The notes under the pieces: model-generated
The model's input: the letters and a program-made list of their open reading frames with translations, nothing else
Databases searched by the model: none
What the model was told of the DNA's origin: nothing
Source: Patescibacteria group bacterium
Lineage (GTDB): Bacteria; Patescibacteriota; Dojkabacteria; JAKAPS01
Direction: 5' to 3'
Assembly: GCA_025450075.1 (NCBI GenBank)
Contig: JANWIC010000007.1
Coordinates: forward strand, 39,289-103,288
Length of the DNA: 64,000 nt
Part shown: piece after piece, positions 9,791 to 19,227 of the stretch
Numbering within the stretch: position 1 is the stretch's first letter
Layout: each line of letters opens with the position of its first letter
Program-made: the position numbers and the translations under genes

Positions 9791-10675
9791 TTACATTTGG
9801 CTCATATATATTGTGTTCCCGTTTGACATATATTTTGCAACAATCGAATTAAACAGGTTCTTGTTTGGTTGGGAGAATTCTTTTCCTTGGTTATTTGTAC
9901 TTGGCTCTACAAGTTTGTTATACCCATTCGTATCTAACATGTTAGCTGATTGATTAATTGATTGTACCCATTGAGAATATTCCTTATTCGATGTCGCTTT
10001 CACTGTAAAATTCATTCCTGAAAATCCTTCACCACTCATTTCAGCTGCACCACCAGGATAGTCTCCGGGTTTATTTGCCATGAGATGTATCTGAGTAACC
10101 ATTCCTGTCATTGCATAAATTTGACCTCCAAGGCTTGGGATCCAGAATGAATTCATCGGTGCATTATCTGCCGTAAGTTGGAAATCTATTGGAGTATTTG
10201 CAGGTATTTCTAAATAGTTAACTGTTGCTATATTTTCCTGGGGATATATGAAAAGCCATTTCCAACGAAGAGCAACAACCTCAATCTCAATAGGTTTTGA
10301 TTGAGCAATAATTGGGTTATATGGGTCATATGCATGTGCAGATTGCCAACCGATGATTGCCCACACAAAGATAATACATGCAGGAATACTCCACCATGCT
10401 GTTGTAAGCTTTTTACCTGCACTCCATTCAGGAGTATAGGCTTGGTTATTTCCTTCCTGATATCGAAATACAATAAATAATGTGAATAATATTAACGGGA
10501 TACCGATACAAAAAGCTAAAACAAGAGCCATGACAAGAAGTGTGCTTTGACCTTGTGCGACATATCCTTGAGGGTTAAGTAACTGGAGATTCCCGTTACG
10601 GGCAAGTATAACAAAAAGAGTTGCAATTGAAAGTGCATCAATAAGGAAGATAACGGTTTTTGCTTTATGTTTCAT
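9791..10675 (-). CDS. cyoA: quinol oxidase subunit II (CuA ligands lost)
   Basis: Subunit II fold with a cupredoxin C-terminal domain. The CuA site reads AEMSGEGFSGM (Cys->Ala/Ser, His->Phe), as in CyoA/QoxA quinol oxidases. Confidence 0.8.
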   Translation of the reverse strand: MKHKAKTVIFLIDALSIATLFVILARNGNLQLLNPQGYVAQGQSTLLVMALVLAFCIGIPLILFTLFIVFRYQEGNNQAYTPEWSAGKKLTTAWWSIPACIIFVWAIIGWQSAHAYDPYNPIIAQSKPIEIEVVALRWKWLFIYPQENIATVNYLEIPANTPIDFQLTADNAPMNSFWIPSLGGQIYAMTGMVTQIHLMANKPGDYPGGAAEMSGEGFSGMNFTVKATSNKEYSQWVQSINQSANMLDTNGYNKLVEPSTNNQGKEFSQPNKNLFNSIVAKYMSNGNTIYMSQM

Positions 10676-10857
10676 ATGGGCAGGATGTCTGTTTTACTCA
10701 TCTTTCTTTCACATTCAGCATATCCTTTTATCCTTTTCCCGTCAAGATCAATAGATAAAGACACAGGACCAAAGTCCCTCTGGCATTTCACTTCGGTTTT
10801 ACATGTTGAAGCGTGCTAATATAGAATGGTACTATTTACTGGATCAAGAATTCATCA

Positions 10858-11508
10858 ATGAATACAGATAAACAATATGATGCTATTTTAGTTCATGTAT
10901 ATTGGCTTTCAAACATAGATGGGGATGTGAAGTTAAGTACAAGAAGCAATCTCGTTGCAGCTTCTGCGGCAAGCCTTTATCTTCAAGGCAAAGTAAAAAA
11001 TATCGTTATAACGGGTGGTAAGATTTGGGGAAAAGAATACCCGTCTGTTGCTCGATTAATGGCAAATGAATTAACAAATACATTCACTATACCTCAAGAG
11101 CATATCTTTATCAAAGACATAGCTCTTAATACAAGTCAGGAAATTGATGAATTTTTAAAGATTGCAGAAAAAATGAATTGGCAATCATTACTTGATCTGG
11201 CATCAAAGAAACACTTCTGGACTATATCTAAACTATATATGAATAAAGGAGTGAAAGATAAAGTGGAATTTGTAAATATGGAAGATGTATTACTGAAAGG
11301 GAATAATGATGAATTAATAAAAAGAGTCAAAAAATTAATGTATTCCAAGTATGAATTCAATTATATCTTGTATGAACTAGTAATTCGTCTTGTTCTTTTC
11401 ATCGACCCTCAATATACATTACTTGGTAAGATAGCGGGCAAAGAGAGAATCAAAAAGACATTTGCCGGATTATTGCCGTTTCTTCCTATGGATGAATATC
11501 AGTTATAG
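10858..11508 (+). CDS. DUF218 (YdcF/SanA-like) domain protein
   Basis: AILVHV...R...AA.LYLQGKVKNIVITGG...LNTSQEIDEF matches the DUF218 core. Confidence 0.55.
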   Translation: MNTDKQYDAILVHVYWLSNIDGDVKLSTRSNLVAASAASLYLQGKVKNIVITGGKIWGKEYPSVARLMANELTNTFTIPQEHIFIKDIALNTSQEIDEFLKIAEKMNWQSLLDLASKKHFWTISKLYMNKGVKDKVEFVNMEDVLLKGNNDELIKRVKKLMYSKYEFNYILYELVIRLVLFIDPQYTLLGKIAGKERIKKTFAGLLPFLPMDEYQL

Positions 11509-11649
11509 AAGGCCAAAAATATAGGTATTTTCAATTATAAAAAGGAAAAATGTGTATGCAATACAGCATGTAAAATAATTGAACATTAATACTCTAATAT
11601 ATTGATATAATTAGGAAGAATGATATAATCAAAGCATTCTCACTATACT

Positions 11650-12738
11650 ATGGAACAACAACCAACTAATATATCACCTTTAATTGCGGCAGAAGCACTA
11701 CTTCCCACAAATGAAGAGAGGCTTCCTTTAGGAGAATATAGTCGCTTTGTTCGTAATGAATTAGCTGAAAAAGTCGCTGAGATGGATGCTTCTAACCAAT
11801 ATGAACAAAATGAGATGTTAAAAGCCTTACAAGTGTATACAGAAAGTTTATTACAAAATATTTCGGAAGATGAAATTAGGCAATTATTGGCAAAAGAAAA
11901 CATTCGGAACAGAAGAATAGCTCTTCTTGATCTCTATCTTTTGCAGCAAGTTATTGATAGGTATGAATATCATCAAAGCAAGGTAAATGATGAAAAACCT
12001 GCTTCTAATTTAGAAAAAATATTAAAGCGTCTTGCAAATAGGGAAGGATTTGATCCGCAAAAAATGCCATGGTCTTTAACCGGAAAAGATTATCCAATAG
12101 AGGATCCCCGATTTATGTTTATTGATGAGAGTGTTAGACAAAGTGAATGGGTATTACTTGTCATGCAATATTTATTAGAAAATAGATTTTCATCAGCTGC
12201 TAATGATTTGGTAGTAATTGCCGGTGACATCCGTAGAGGCGTTTCGCAAGATATGGTAACACAACAGTTACAAAAAGTCCTCGAAACATTGGCACCTATT
12301 CAGGACTTAATGAAGTTATATCAGCTTATCCCAGTTCCAAATTTTGATAAATTCCTAACCCGATATTATCCTTCAGGTGCATTTGCAGTAGATATTTATG
12401 TCGTCGAAGCACTTACGGGAAATGCACAAACAGCTAAATCTGCAAGAGTAAAGATGATAAAGTTATTACAAGATCTTAGAGGAGAAATCGATCCTGATAT
12501 GATCAGAAACATGGAATATGCATTAGCAATTGGTATGCCAATTGCTTCAATGGAGGAAGCAAACAGGTATCCAGGTTCAATAGATTTACTTGCTGCTTGT
12601 GCAAAAAGGGTAAACCTCTTTCTTGCATCTCATCTAGCAGCGGCTAAACATCATACACATGGAGGCGATGAAGAATTAAAAACGAGACCCTCCTTTGATC
12701 CCAATAATAATGCATGGAATTCCATGCGCCCTCTATAG
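11650..12738 (+). CDS. hypothetical protein (362 aa)
   Basis: Long ORF; no family recognised. Confidence 0.45.
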   Translation: MEQQPTNISPLIAAEALLPTNEERLPLGEYSRFVRNELAEKVAEMDASNQYEQNEMLKALQVYTESLLQNISEDEIRQLLAKENIRNRRIALLDLYLLQQVIDRYEYHQSKVNDEKPASNLEKILKRLANREGFDPQKMPWSLTGKDYPIEDPRFMFIDESVRQSEWVLLVMQYLLENRFSSAANDLVVIAGDIRRGVSQDMVTQQLQKVLETLAPIQDLMKLYQLIPVPNFDKFLTRYYPSGAFAVDIYVVEALTGNAQTAKSARVKMIKLLQDLRGEIDPDMIRNMEYALAIGMPIASMEEANRYPGSIDLLAACAKRVNLFLASHLAAAKHHTHGGDEELKTRPSFDPNNNAWNSMRPL

Positions 12739-12947
12739 GAAAAACGAAGAATATTATAACGGATAATTTCTATTCTATGGATGTTATTAAATGAATAATC
12801 TACTCTAGCGTGCTATTATGCTTGATGTATGGTATAATACATCTAGTGCAGACCCTTTACCATTTTGTTTTTTCCAGGAATTACATATGTAGAGAGATTA
12901 TTTATATATTTTGTTCCCTGCATGAACAAAAAGTGAAAGGAGCCAAA

Positions 12948-13235
12948 ATGGCAACAAAATTATTTATCGGAAGTCTTCCGTATAGTGTTACTTCCAGTGA
13001 TCTGGAAAATCTTTTTTCCCAGGTTGGGAAAGTTATTTCATCAGCTGTTATTCAGGATAGAATGACAAATAGAAGCAAAGGTTTTGCTTTTGTTGAGATG
13101 GAATCTGACGCTGAAGCTCAGGAAGCTATCAGACGATTCAATGGATATGACCTACAGGGTCGTGAAATTATCGTTAATGTAGCGAAACCAAGAGAAGAAT
13201 CTGACAATAGAGGTTTTTATAACTCAAGAGGATAA
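12948..13235 (+). CDS. RRM-type RNA-binding protein (Rbp-like)
   Basis: RNP2 KLFIGSLPY and RNP1 KGFAFVEM; ends ...VNVAKPREE. A strong SD (AAAGGAG) sits 6 nt before the ATG at 12948. Confidence 0.85.
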   Translation: MATKLFIGSLPYSVTSSDLENLFSQVGKVISSAVIQDRMTNRSKGFAFVEMESDAEAQEAIRRFNGYDLQGREIIVNVAKPREESDNRGFYNSRG

Positions 13236-13256
13236 GAATAATACTTGGTCACATAT

Positions 13257-13303
13257 GATCTAGGTAGACTTAGTATTAAGGATGCCTAGATCTTTATTTT
13301 TTA
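13257..13303 (+). terminator. rho-independent terminator-like hairpin after the RRM gene
   Basis: GATCTAG...CTAGATC stem followed by a tttattttttatt run. Confidence 0.4.
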
Positions 13304-13317
13304 TTGGAGGAATAGAT

Positions 13318-13602
13318 ATGAGTAATGTATGTATGAGATGCGGAAAAGAAAGAATTGTCATTGAAGAATGGATAGAACTTGTTGAAACTGAAAGAAGGAC
13401 AAACCAAATCCGTCATATGAAAACGACCTGTCCTGATCCTGAATGCCAGAAAATGGTTGATGAGAGTCTTGCAAAAGAAAAGGTAAAAAATGAGGAAAGA
13501 AAAGCAGAAAAAATTGAGAATGATAGGGTATTAAAAGAAGAAAGACAGAAGAGAATAGAGCAGGCTTTATTGAAACCAATAAAAGTAAAAGGTAGGAAGT
13601 AA
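13318..13602 (+). CDS. small zinc-ribbon protein (CxxC...CPDPEC) with a Lys/Glu-rich tail
   Basis: A GGAGG sits 8 nt before the ATG at 13318; CMRCGK and CPDPEC motifs. Confidence 0.45.
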   Translation: MSNVCMRCGKERIVIEEWIELVETERRTNQIRHMKTTCPDPECQKMVDESLAKEKVKNEERKAEKIENDRVLKEERQKRIEQALLKPIKVKGRK

Positions 13603-13608
13603 AAGAAT

Positions 13609-14610
13609 TTAAATTGAGAATACGAATTCTTTAAACAATTTCTCTAATTTTTCAACATTTTCGTTATACTGGCTTGATACAACAATTATATTCGTATTAT
13701 ATGCTTTTAATTTATCAGCTTTTTTCTCAATTGTTTCTTTATCGAATAGATCTGATTTCGTAAGGACTATTAATTCAGGTTTGTTACACAAACCTGTGCT
13801 AAACGCTTCAAGTTCTTTCCTGATTGTCAGGTAATCTTTTTCAACATCTTCAGATTCAAGGCTTATAAAATGGGCTACAAGTTTTGAATAGAAAGTATGT
13901 TTACTAAATCCCTTTCCTAAACCTTTTCCTTCTGCAACTCCTTCTATAAGTCCAGGAAGATCCATGAGCTTAATATGTGGATCCATTACCCCAATTTGGG
14001 GTACAATGGTAGTAAACGGATAGGAAGCAGTCTTCACATGTGCATTTGTTAGAGCGTTTAACATACTTGATTTTCCTGCATTAGGAAGACCAATAAACAC
14101 AATATCTGCTGCTAATTGGAGTTGAATAAAAACCTTCAATCTCTTCGGAATTCCTCCTTTTGTATGTTTCATCAATGTACTGACTTGACCTTGCCTAAAA
14201 GCAAAGTTTCCAATGCCCCCCTCTCCTCCTTTTGCAAGAAGTTTCTTTTCACCGTCTTTTTCAATTCGTAATATCTGTTTTCCGTTTGTATCCGCAATAA
14301 CGGTTACTAATGGCACTTTTATAATAAGTGGTCTTCCTGATTTTCCTTGTTTATTGGATGGCATGCCAATTACTCCATCCTCAGCCTTGTATTCCTGCTT
14401 ATTGGTAAAATCAGATAAGTCATAGATATTTGATGATCCTTCCAAAATAATATCTCCACCACGTCCGCCATTTCCGCCGTCAGGCTTACCTTTTGTAGGG
14501 TAATATATTTTGTTATTCTTTCCTAAAGACCTTCCGTATTTGGCAAAACTGACAAGACCATCCCCACCTTTTCCGGGGATAAAATCAATTCGTAATGTAT
14601 CTACCAGCAT
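13609..14610 (-). CDS. obg: GTPase Obg
   Basis: Gly-rich Obg fold at the N-terminus (GKGGDG, GGNGGRGGDI, GGEGGIGN). G1 motif GLPNAGKSSMLNALT. The DLPGLIEGA region is also present. Confidence 0.9.
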   Translation of the reverse strand: MLVDTLRIDFIPGKGGDGLVSFAKYGRSLGKNNKIYYPTKGKPDGGNGGRGGDIILEGSSNIYDLSDFTNKQEYKAEDGVIGMPSNKQGKSGRPLIIKVPLVTVIADTNGKQILRIEKDGEKKLLAKGGEGGIGNFAFRQGQVSTLMKHTKGGIPKRLKVFIQLQLAADIVFIGLPNAGKSSMLNALTNAHVKTASYPFTTIVPQIGVMDPHIKLMDLPGLIEGVAEGKGLGKGFSKHTFYSKLVAHFISLESEDVEKDYLTIRKELEAFSTGLCNKPELIVLTKSDLFDKETIEKKADKLKAYNTNIIVVSSQYNENVEKLEKLFKEFVFSI

Positions 14611-14737
14611 ATTTAATCTTTAATGGATTGATTTTACCATAAATAAAGAAATATCCCTATTTATTTGTACTCCGTTAGATTCATATATTTTTCTTTCAAA
14701 ATATTATATAATTCCCTTCAATATTTAAAAATCATTT

Positions 14738-15973
14738 ATGGGCTATGAAAATGGAGTTACTCAATCATATTCACCAACAGGTTTACCACTTATCACTGAA
14801 GGATTTGCTCTAGAATTATTAAGTAGTGAAATTGATTTTGACCACTTTTATACGGTTGTTCAATCTATCCTTGACGAGAATCCATATCTTGCATTGGTTA
14901 TTCATAACATAGTTTCCTTATTAAGATCGGAAGTCCCGAATACAATTGAAGGGTTACATCTTCCTGAAAAATTAAACAAAGAAGATTTAATTGGAGAAGT
15001 TAAACTAACGGGAGTCTATCAGGTATTAGAGGTAAGAAATACAATTTTAGAACATACATCGTTAGTATTATTATTTATACTTCATGAGCAATCTTTATAT
15101 CATTTGCAAAATTCAATTAGTTATCGAGATCAAGGAAAAGGTAGATTAACATCAAGTGGATTACCTTTTTTATCTGCTATTACATATGAACAAGTTATCA
15201 ATTTTGTAAATAATAAAATTAAAGAAGGTAATGGTCAATTACTTGGGTATCAAAATGCGCATCCTCCTGAAGATCATTTATATCATTTAATCGATGGAAT
15301 AGCTGAGGTATATGGAGATGTACTCGCACCTGATATAAAAATAGTTTTATATTACATTATTGCTATTTTAGAAACTCAGCATAATATAGATGCAGAATTA
15401 CCCGATTATATGAAAAACGGATTACCTGTTTTACATGCTGAAGATGTCGATTTGTATCATAAAAGTAGAACAAGGAGACTCCTTCCAAATAATTATTTTT
15501 TCTTGAGGACTAATATAAAAAACGATTTAAATCGTTGGAATTTCTTCAAAATTACTAATCCTGATGTTACAATAAAGTATATCCTTACCTTATTGGGAGG
15601 AGTTTGTACTAAAAATGAAGCAAATAAGATTTTTGATAGATGTATGCATCATTTAGGAGATTTATTAACATTTTTGTATGGTAGGGATTTAATTAGAAAT
15701 AATCATTCAAATGGTACTCGTCCTCATTCTAATGCTTTATTTGGTCCGCCATATATTACAGATAAGGTACTAAATGAGGCAATGAGAAGATATCCGGGTA
15801 AATTATGGCCTGAGTTTATGAATGAAGTACAAGAACGATTATTGAGAGATAATCCATATTTAGTTGAGTTGATGTATGCAATTGTTGAAGATTATCAGGA
15901 TGAAGAATTAAAAAAACTTGTATTACAAATGATGATGGGTTTTATAGCATTAAATGAATATAAAGGAAGATAA
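14738..15973 (+). CDS. hypothetical protein (411 aa)
   Basis: Long ORF; no family recognised. Confidence 0.45.
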   Translation: MGYENGVTQSYSPTGLPLITEGFALELLSSEIDFDHFYTVVQSILDENPYLALVIHNIVSLLRSEVPNTIEGLHLPEKLNKEDLIGEVKLTGVYQVLEVRNTILEHTSLVLLFILHEQSLYHLQNSISYRDQGKGRLTSSGLPFLSAITYEQVINFVNNKIKEGNGQLLGYQNAHPPEDHLYHLIDGIAEVYGDVLAPDIKIVLYYIIAILETQHNIDAELPDYMKNGLPVLHAEDVDLYHKSRTRRLLPNNYFFLRTNIKNDLNRWNFFKITNPDVTIKYILTLLGGVCTKNEANKIFDRCMHHLGDLLTFLYGRDLIRNNHSNGTRPHSNALFGPPYITDKVLNEAMRRYPGKLWPEFMNEVQERLLRDNPYLVELMYAIVEDYQDEELKKLVLQMMMGFIALNEYKGR

Positions 15974-15990
15974 TCAGTAGTTCATTTTAT

Positions 15991-17505
15991 CTAAAGTCCA
16001 GCGAAATAATCTTTTTTTATGTGTTTTTTCGGTATTCCCATTGTTAGAAGAAAATCCTGCGCACCGCTTACCATTGCTGTAGGACCAGAGATGTAATAAA
16101 TCCTATCCAAATAATCTGGAACTTCGGCTTGAATCATTTGTGAGTTAATCCTCCCTTTATTCCCCGGCCATCCTTGTGGAATAACTGATGTGTCAGTAAG
16201 CGTATAGATGGTTTTGATGCCAAGCTTCTGTTTTGCTTCTTTAAGCACATCAGTATAGGCAATTTCCTCAGCAGTTTTATTTGTATAAAATACAACAATA
16301 TCTCTTTTCTGGTTAGTATCAATAAGATATTTCAACATACTACGAAATGGAGTAATGCCGATACCACCAGCGATAAAGACTAATTTTTGATTTTTGTTTC
16401 TTGGCAAGGTAAAATCTCCTGAGATTTGTGAACCGACAATAACTGATCCTCTATCAAGTTGGCTCATCGCTTTTTTGTAACTGCTCCCGATACCATAAAA
16501 TTTAACTCCCAATCTGATATAATCTTCTGTTGGAGATGATGCTATGGTAAAAAATCTCCTGTTTCCTCTTGAATCATGGCCATCAGGTGGAAGTGTCCAT
16601 TCCATATACTGGCCGGGTTTGAATGAAACATTCTTATGAATATCCAAAAGAAAATCCATTCTATTCGGTGTTGTTTGGATTTTCTCTTTCACTATGGCAA
16701 AAATCTTATGTTTCGGACTAATGAGATATGAAAAAGCATTCCCTATAACAAGAGCAAGTTCCGGAGTTGTATAAAAACCCACAATATGAAATTCTGGCAC
16801 AAATAAGAACCCAACAAATGCTCCATAGAGAGATTGTAAAGTTTTTGTTGGAGGTGTTGTAAGTGGCTCCGTAAGCATGACAAATGCAAAGAAAAAGATC
16901 GAAGATGCAAAAATAGTATCATGTAAAGCTGAAAGGATATTTTGTCCGCTTAATAAGCTGAATACTATTAGACTTACAAAGGCACTTAAAAAAAAGTAGT
17001 ATACAAGGTCAAATCTTCTAATCCTTCTGACAATAAACACTCCAAGAAGGAGAAAAGGAAGCATTGATGCAGTCCCAATCCACCAGCTTGCAGACCCATT
17101 GAATGCATATGCTGTTAATACTACAGCAATTGCGACTGGATTAAAGATATGTTTTTTGTTAATCGCAAGAATAAATTTCGTTGCCATGGATAATATCCCT
17201 GCCCATATAAAAAGAGGGAAATCGGCAGCGCTTTTAATTGGTGTTAAAATCAGGGCTAAAATCAATGCGGTAATATATACTGATTCTGCATTCACCGGAA
17301 CCTGGAATACGTTTGCAAATATTACATTCGTAATAAGCGAAACACTCAAAAGGACAAGGACTGAGATACCAAGGGAAACAAGACTAAATGGCAGTATTCC
17401 CAAGATAGAATATATTCCCGCAATAATTAGAAGTAGGATGAGGAAATATAGTACCAAACGATACATGGTAATTGAGTTCAAAATTTCATCTATTTTTTTT
17501 AACAT
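15991..17505 (-). CDS. membrane-anchored FAD/NAD(P)-binding oxidoreductase (FNR-like C-terminal domain, ~8 TM at the N-terminus)
   Basis: RFFTIASS (RxYS-type FAD motif) and GGIGITPF (NAD(P) site) in the C-terminal 230 aa. The N-terminal half is polytopic with few His, so it is not a bis-heme ferric-reductase type. Confidence 0.65.
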   Translation of the reverse strand: MLKKIDEILNSITMYRLVLYFLILLLIIAGIYSILGILPFSLVSLGISVLVLLSVSLITNVIFANVFQVPVNAESVYITALILALILTPIKSAADFPLFIWAGILSMATKFILAINKKHIFNPVAIAVVLTAYAFNGSASWWIGTASMLPFLLLGVFIVRRIRRFDLVYYFFLSAFVSLIVFSLLSGQNILSALHDTIFASSIFFFAFVMLTEPLTTPPTKTLQSLYGAFVGFLFVPEFHIVGFYTTPELALVIGNAFSYLISPKHKIFAIVKEKIQTTPNRMDFLLDIHKNVSFKPGQYMEWTLPPDGHDSRGNRRFFTIASSPTEDYIRLGVKFYGIGSSYKKAMSQLDRGSVIVGSQISGDFTLPRNKNQKLVFIAGGIGITPFRSMLKYLIDTNQKRDIVVFYTNKTAEEIAYTDVLKEAKQKLGIKTIYTLTDTSVIPQGWPGNKGRINSQMIQAEVPDYLDRIYYISGPTAMVSGAQDFLLTMGIPKKHIKKDYFAGL

Positions 17506-17507
17506 AT

Positions 17508-18044
17508 TTATTGTGCTTTACTTAATGCATCTTGCAAGGATTGTATGAATGCCTGGCTGGAATCAGTTGCTCCAGAGACAATGTCGACATTTGCACTTTG
17601 AGCTTGAATAGCTTCTTGGGCTAAAATCGGATCGGCTTGTGAGTTTATATAAACTGATGTGGATCGGTCATTTGGCGCTTGCAAAAATGATATATTCGAA
17701 ATTTTTCCGTTTTTTACTGTTGTCTGGACTTGAATAATGCCATAAAATGCATCAGCTTGAGAACCTGTATACACACCATCTTTATACTTTCCAGAAGGAG
17801 TTGGAGTAGGTGTTGGAGTCGAAGTTGGTGTATCAGTTCCTGACTGTATCGATGTATCTGTTGGAGTTGGACTAGGAGATAGGCTTGGTGTTGTTGTCTG
17901 GGATGGAGAAGGTGATGGGACAATCTTTTGAGCGATTAATGCTGGTTGTCCAAGTCCGCTGTTTCTTGCAAAAACAGAGTAGATGAGAAACATTGTTATT
18001 ACACTTCCTGATAATAGTAGTTTTTTTCCCATAATATTATACAT
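17508..18044 (-). CDS. FMN-binding domain protein (NqrC/RnfG-like FMN_bind) with a signal/TM and a Pro/Ser/Thr-rich linker
   Basis: DIVSGATDSSQAF matches the flavinylation motif (S/T-G-A-T-x-S-S). Long PSPSPSQTTTPSLSPSPTPT... linker. Confidence 0.7.
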   Translation of the reverse strand: MYNIMGKKLLLSGSVITMFLIYSVFARNSGLGQPALIAQKIVPSPSPSQTTTPSLSPSPTPTDTSIQSGTDTPTSTPTPTPTPSGKYKDGVYTGSQADAFYGIIQVQTTVKNGKISNISFLQAPNDRSTSVYINSQADPILAQEAIQAQSANVDIVSGATDSSQAFIQSLQDALSKAQ

Positions 18045-18790
18045 TACAAATGTACAAATGATTGAAAATTGGAGGTATAGGTTGCTATCCCTTCCTTATC
18101 AACCATATATCCCTCATATCCTTCAAGATTTTCAATAAATATGATACCATCTTTTCCCATGGCAAATGCTGCAGTTGCAAACCTGTCTGCTTCATAAATA
18201 TTTGGACCAATAACACTTAAGCTGACTATATCAGTTATGTCACAATCTCTATCTTTTGGGTTGTATATATGGTTTCCTCTAAAATATGTGCCGGATGTTG
18301 CAATAGCAGTATCATGTAAAGTGATTTTTTTGATGATCTCATCCCTTTTAAAAGGATTCCTAATCCCGACTATCCATTCCTCATCGTTTTCATTTTTCCC
18401 TGACACTTGGATATCTCCTCCCGCTTCTATATAGAAGTTGTGGAATCCTTTGGAATGTAACTTTTTAGCTACTTCAAAAATTGCCCATCCTTTTACGAGT
18501 CCCGCTGGCTCTAAACTTCCATCTTTTCTATGTATATCAAAAAATCCATTAGTAGCAAGTCTGGTTTGTTCGCATAAAGTAAGAATATTACGCATTTCAC
18601 TGCTGTAATAGTCTTCTTTTTCTTCCCCTTTATTAATTTTGCTTATTTCACTATCTTCTTTGTAGGTGCTGAAGCGATTATCTATCTTATGGAAATATGA
18701 AAATATTTCATTGAAAATATTCTCATCAGTTTTACTATCAAGTATTTCAATTGTAATGGGAAGACCCATGATCCATTCTGTTTTTTTCAT
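18044..18790 (-). CDS. apbE: ApbE-family FAD:protein FMN transferase (short form, no signal peptide detected)
   Basis: MGLPITIEI start, IEAGGDIQVSG, ATSGTYFR and VIGPNIYEADRFATAAF motifs. Start and stop overlap the flanking FMN-bind genes. Confidence 0.7.
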   Translation of the reverse strand: MKKTEWIMGLPITIEILDSKTDENIFNEIFSYFHKIDNRFSTYKEDSEISKINKGEEKEDYYSSEMRNILTLCEQTRLATNGFFDIHRKDGSLEPAGLVKGWAIFEVAKKLHSKGFHNFYIEAGGDIQVSGKNENDEEWIVGIRNPFKRDEIIKKITLHDTAIATSGTYFRGNHIYNPKDRDCDITDIVSLSVIGPNIYEADRFATAAFAMGKDGIIFIENLEGYEGYMVDKEGIATYTSNFQSFVHL

Positions 18791-19227
18791 TATTTTGCTT
18801 GTTGTAATGCAATTTGGAGTGATGCAGCAAATGCCTGGCTGGATGCTGTTGCTCCTGAAACTATATCAACATTCGGACTCTGAGCTTGAATTGCTTCCTG
18901 AGCAAGATTAGGATCAGCTATAGTATTAATGGCAACTGACCGAATAGCTTCATTTGGTGCTTGAAGGAAAGATACATTTGCTATTTTACCATTTTTGATT
19001 GTTGATTGTACTTGGATTATCCCATAAAAAGCATTCTCGGCAGAACCTGTATAGACTCCATCTTTATATGGTGGAGAAAGAGAACTGGTTCTGGCTGCCT
19101 GAGCATTTGAATTGTTCGAGAAGAAACTATGATTAGCTAACATGACTAAAAATATTCTTCCCTGATCTTGATACAGAACTGCTCCAAAACTTAAGAGTAT
19201 TGCAAGTATAGTAAGAATCTTTTTCAT
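18790..19227 (-). CDS. FMN-binding domain protein (paralog of 17508..18044)
   Basis: DIVSGATASSQAF. The C-terminal ~100 aa is ~70% identical to the downstream paralog. It has an N-terminal signal/TM. Confidence 0.7.
   Translation of the reverse strand: MKKILTILAILLSFGAVLYQDQGRIFLVMLANHSFFSNNSNAQAARTSSLSPPYKDGVYTGSAENAFYGIIQVQSTIKNGKIANVSFLQAPNEAIRSVAINTIADPNLAQEAIQAQSPNVDIVSGATASSQAFAASLQIALQQAK

Noticed and set aside
13602-13632. AAAGAATT-N15-AATTCTTT inverted repeat between the convergent Zn-ribbon and obg genes
   Set aside because: The stem is almost entirely A/T with a large loop. Too weak to call a bidirectional terminator.
17099-17548. 149-aa plus-strand ORF
   Set aside because: Antisense to the membrane reductase gene, whose sense frame has clear FAD/NAD motifs.
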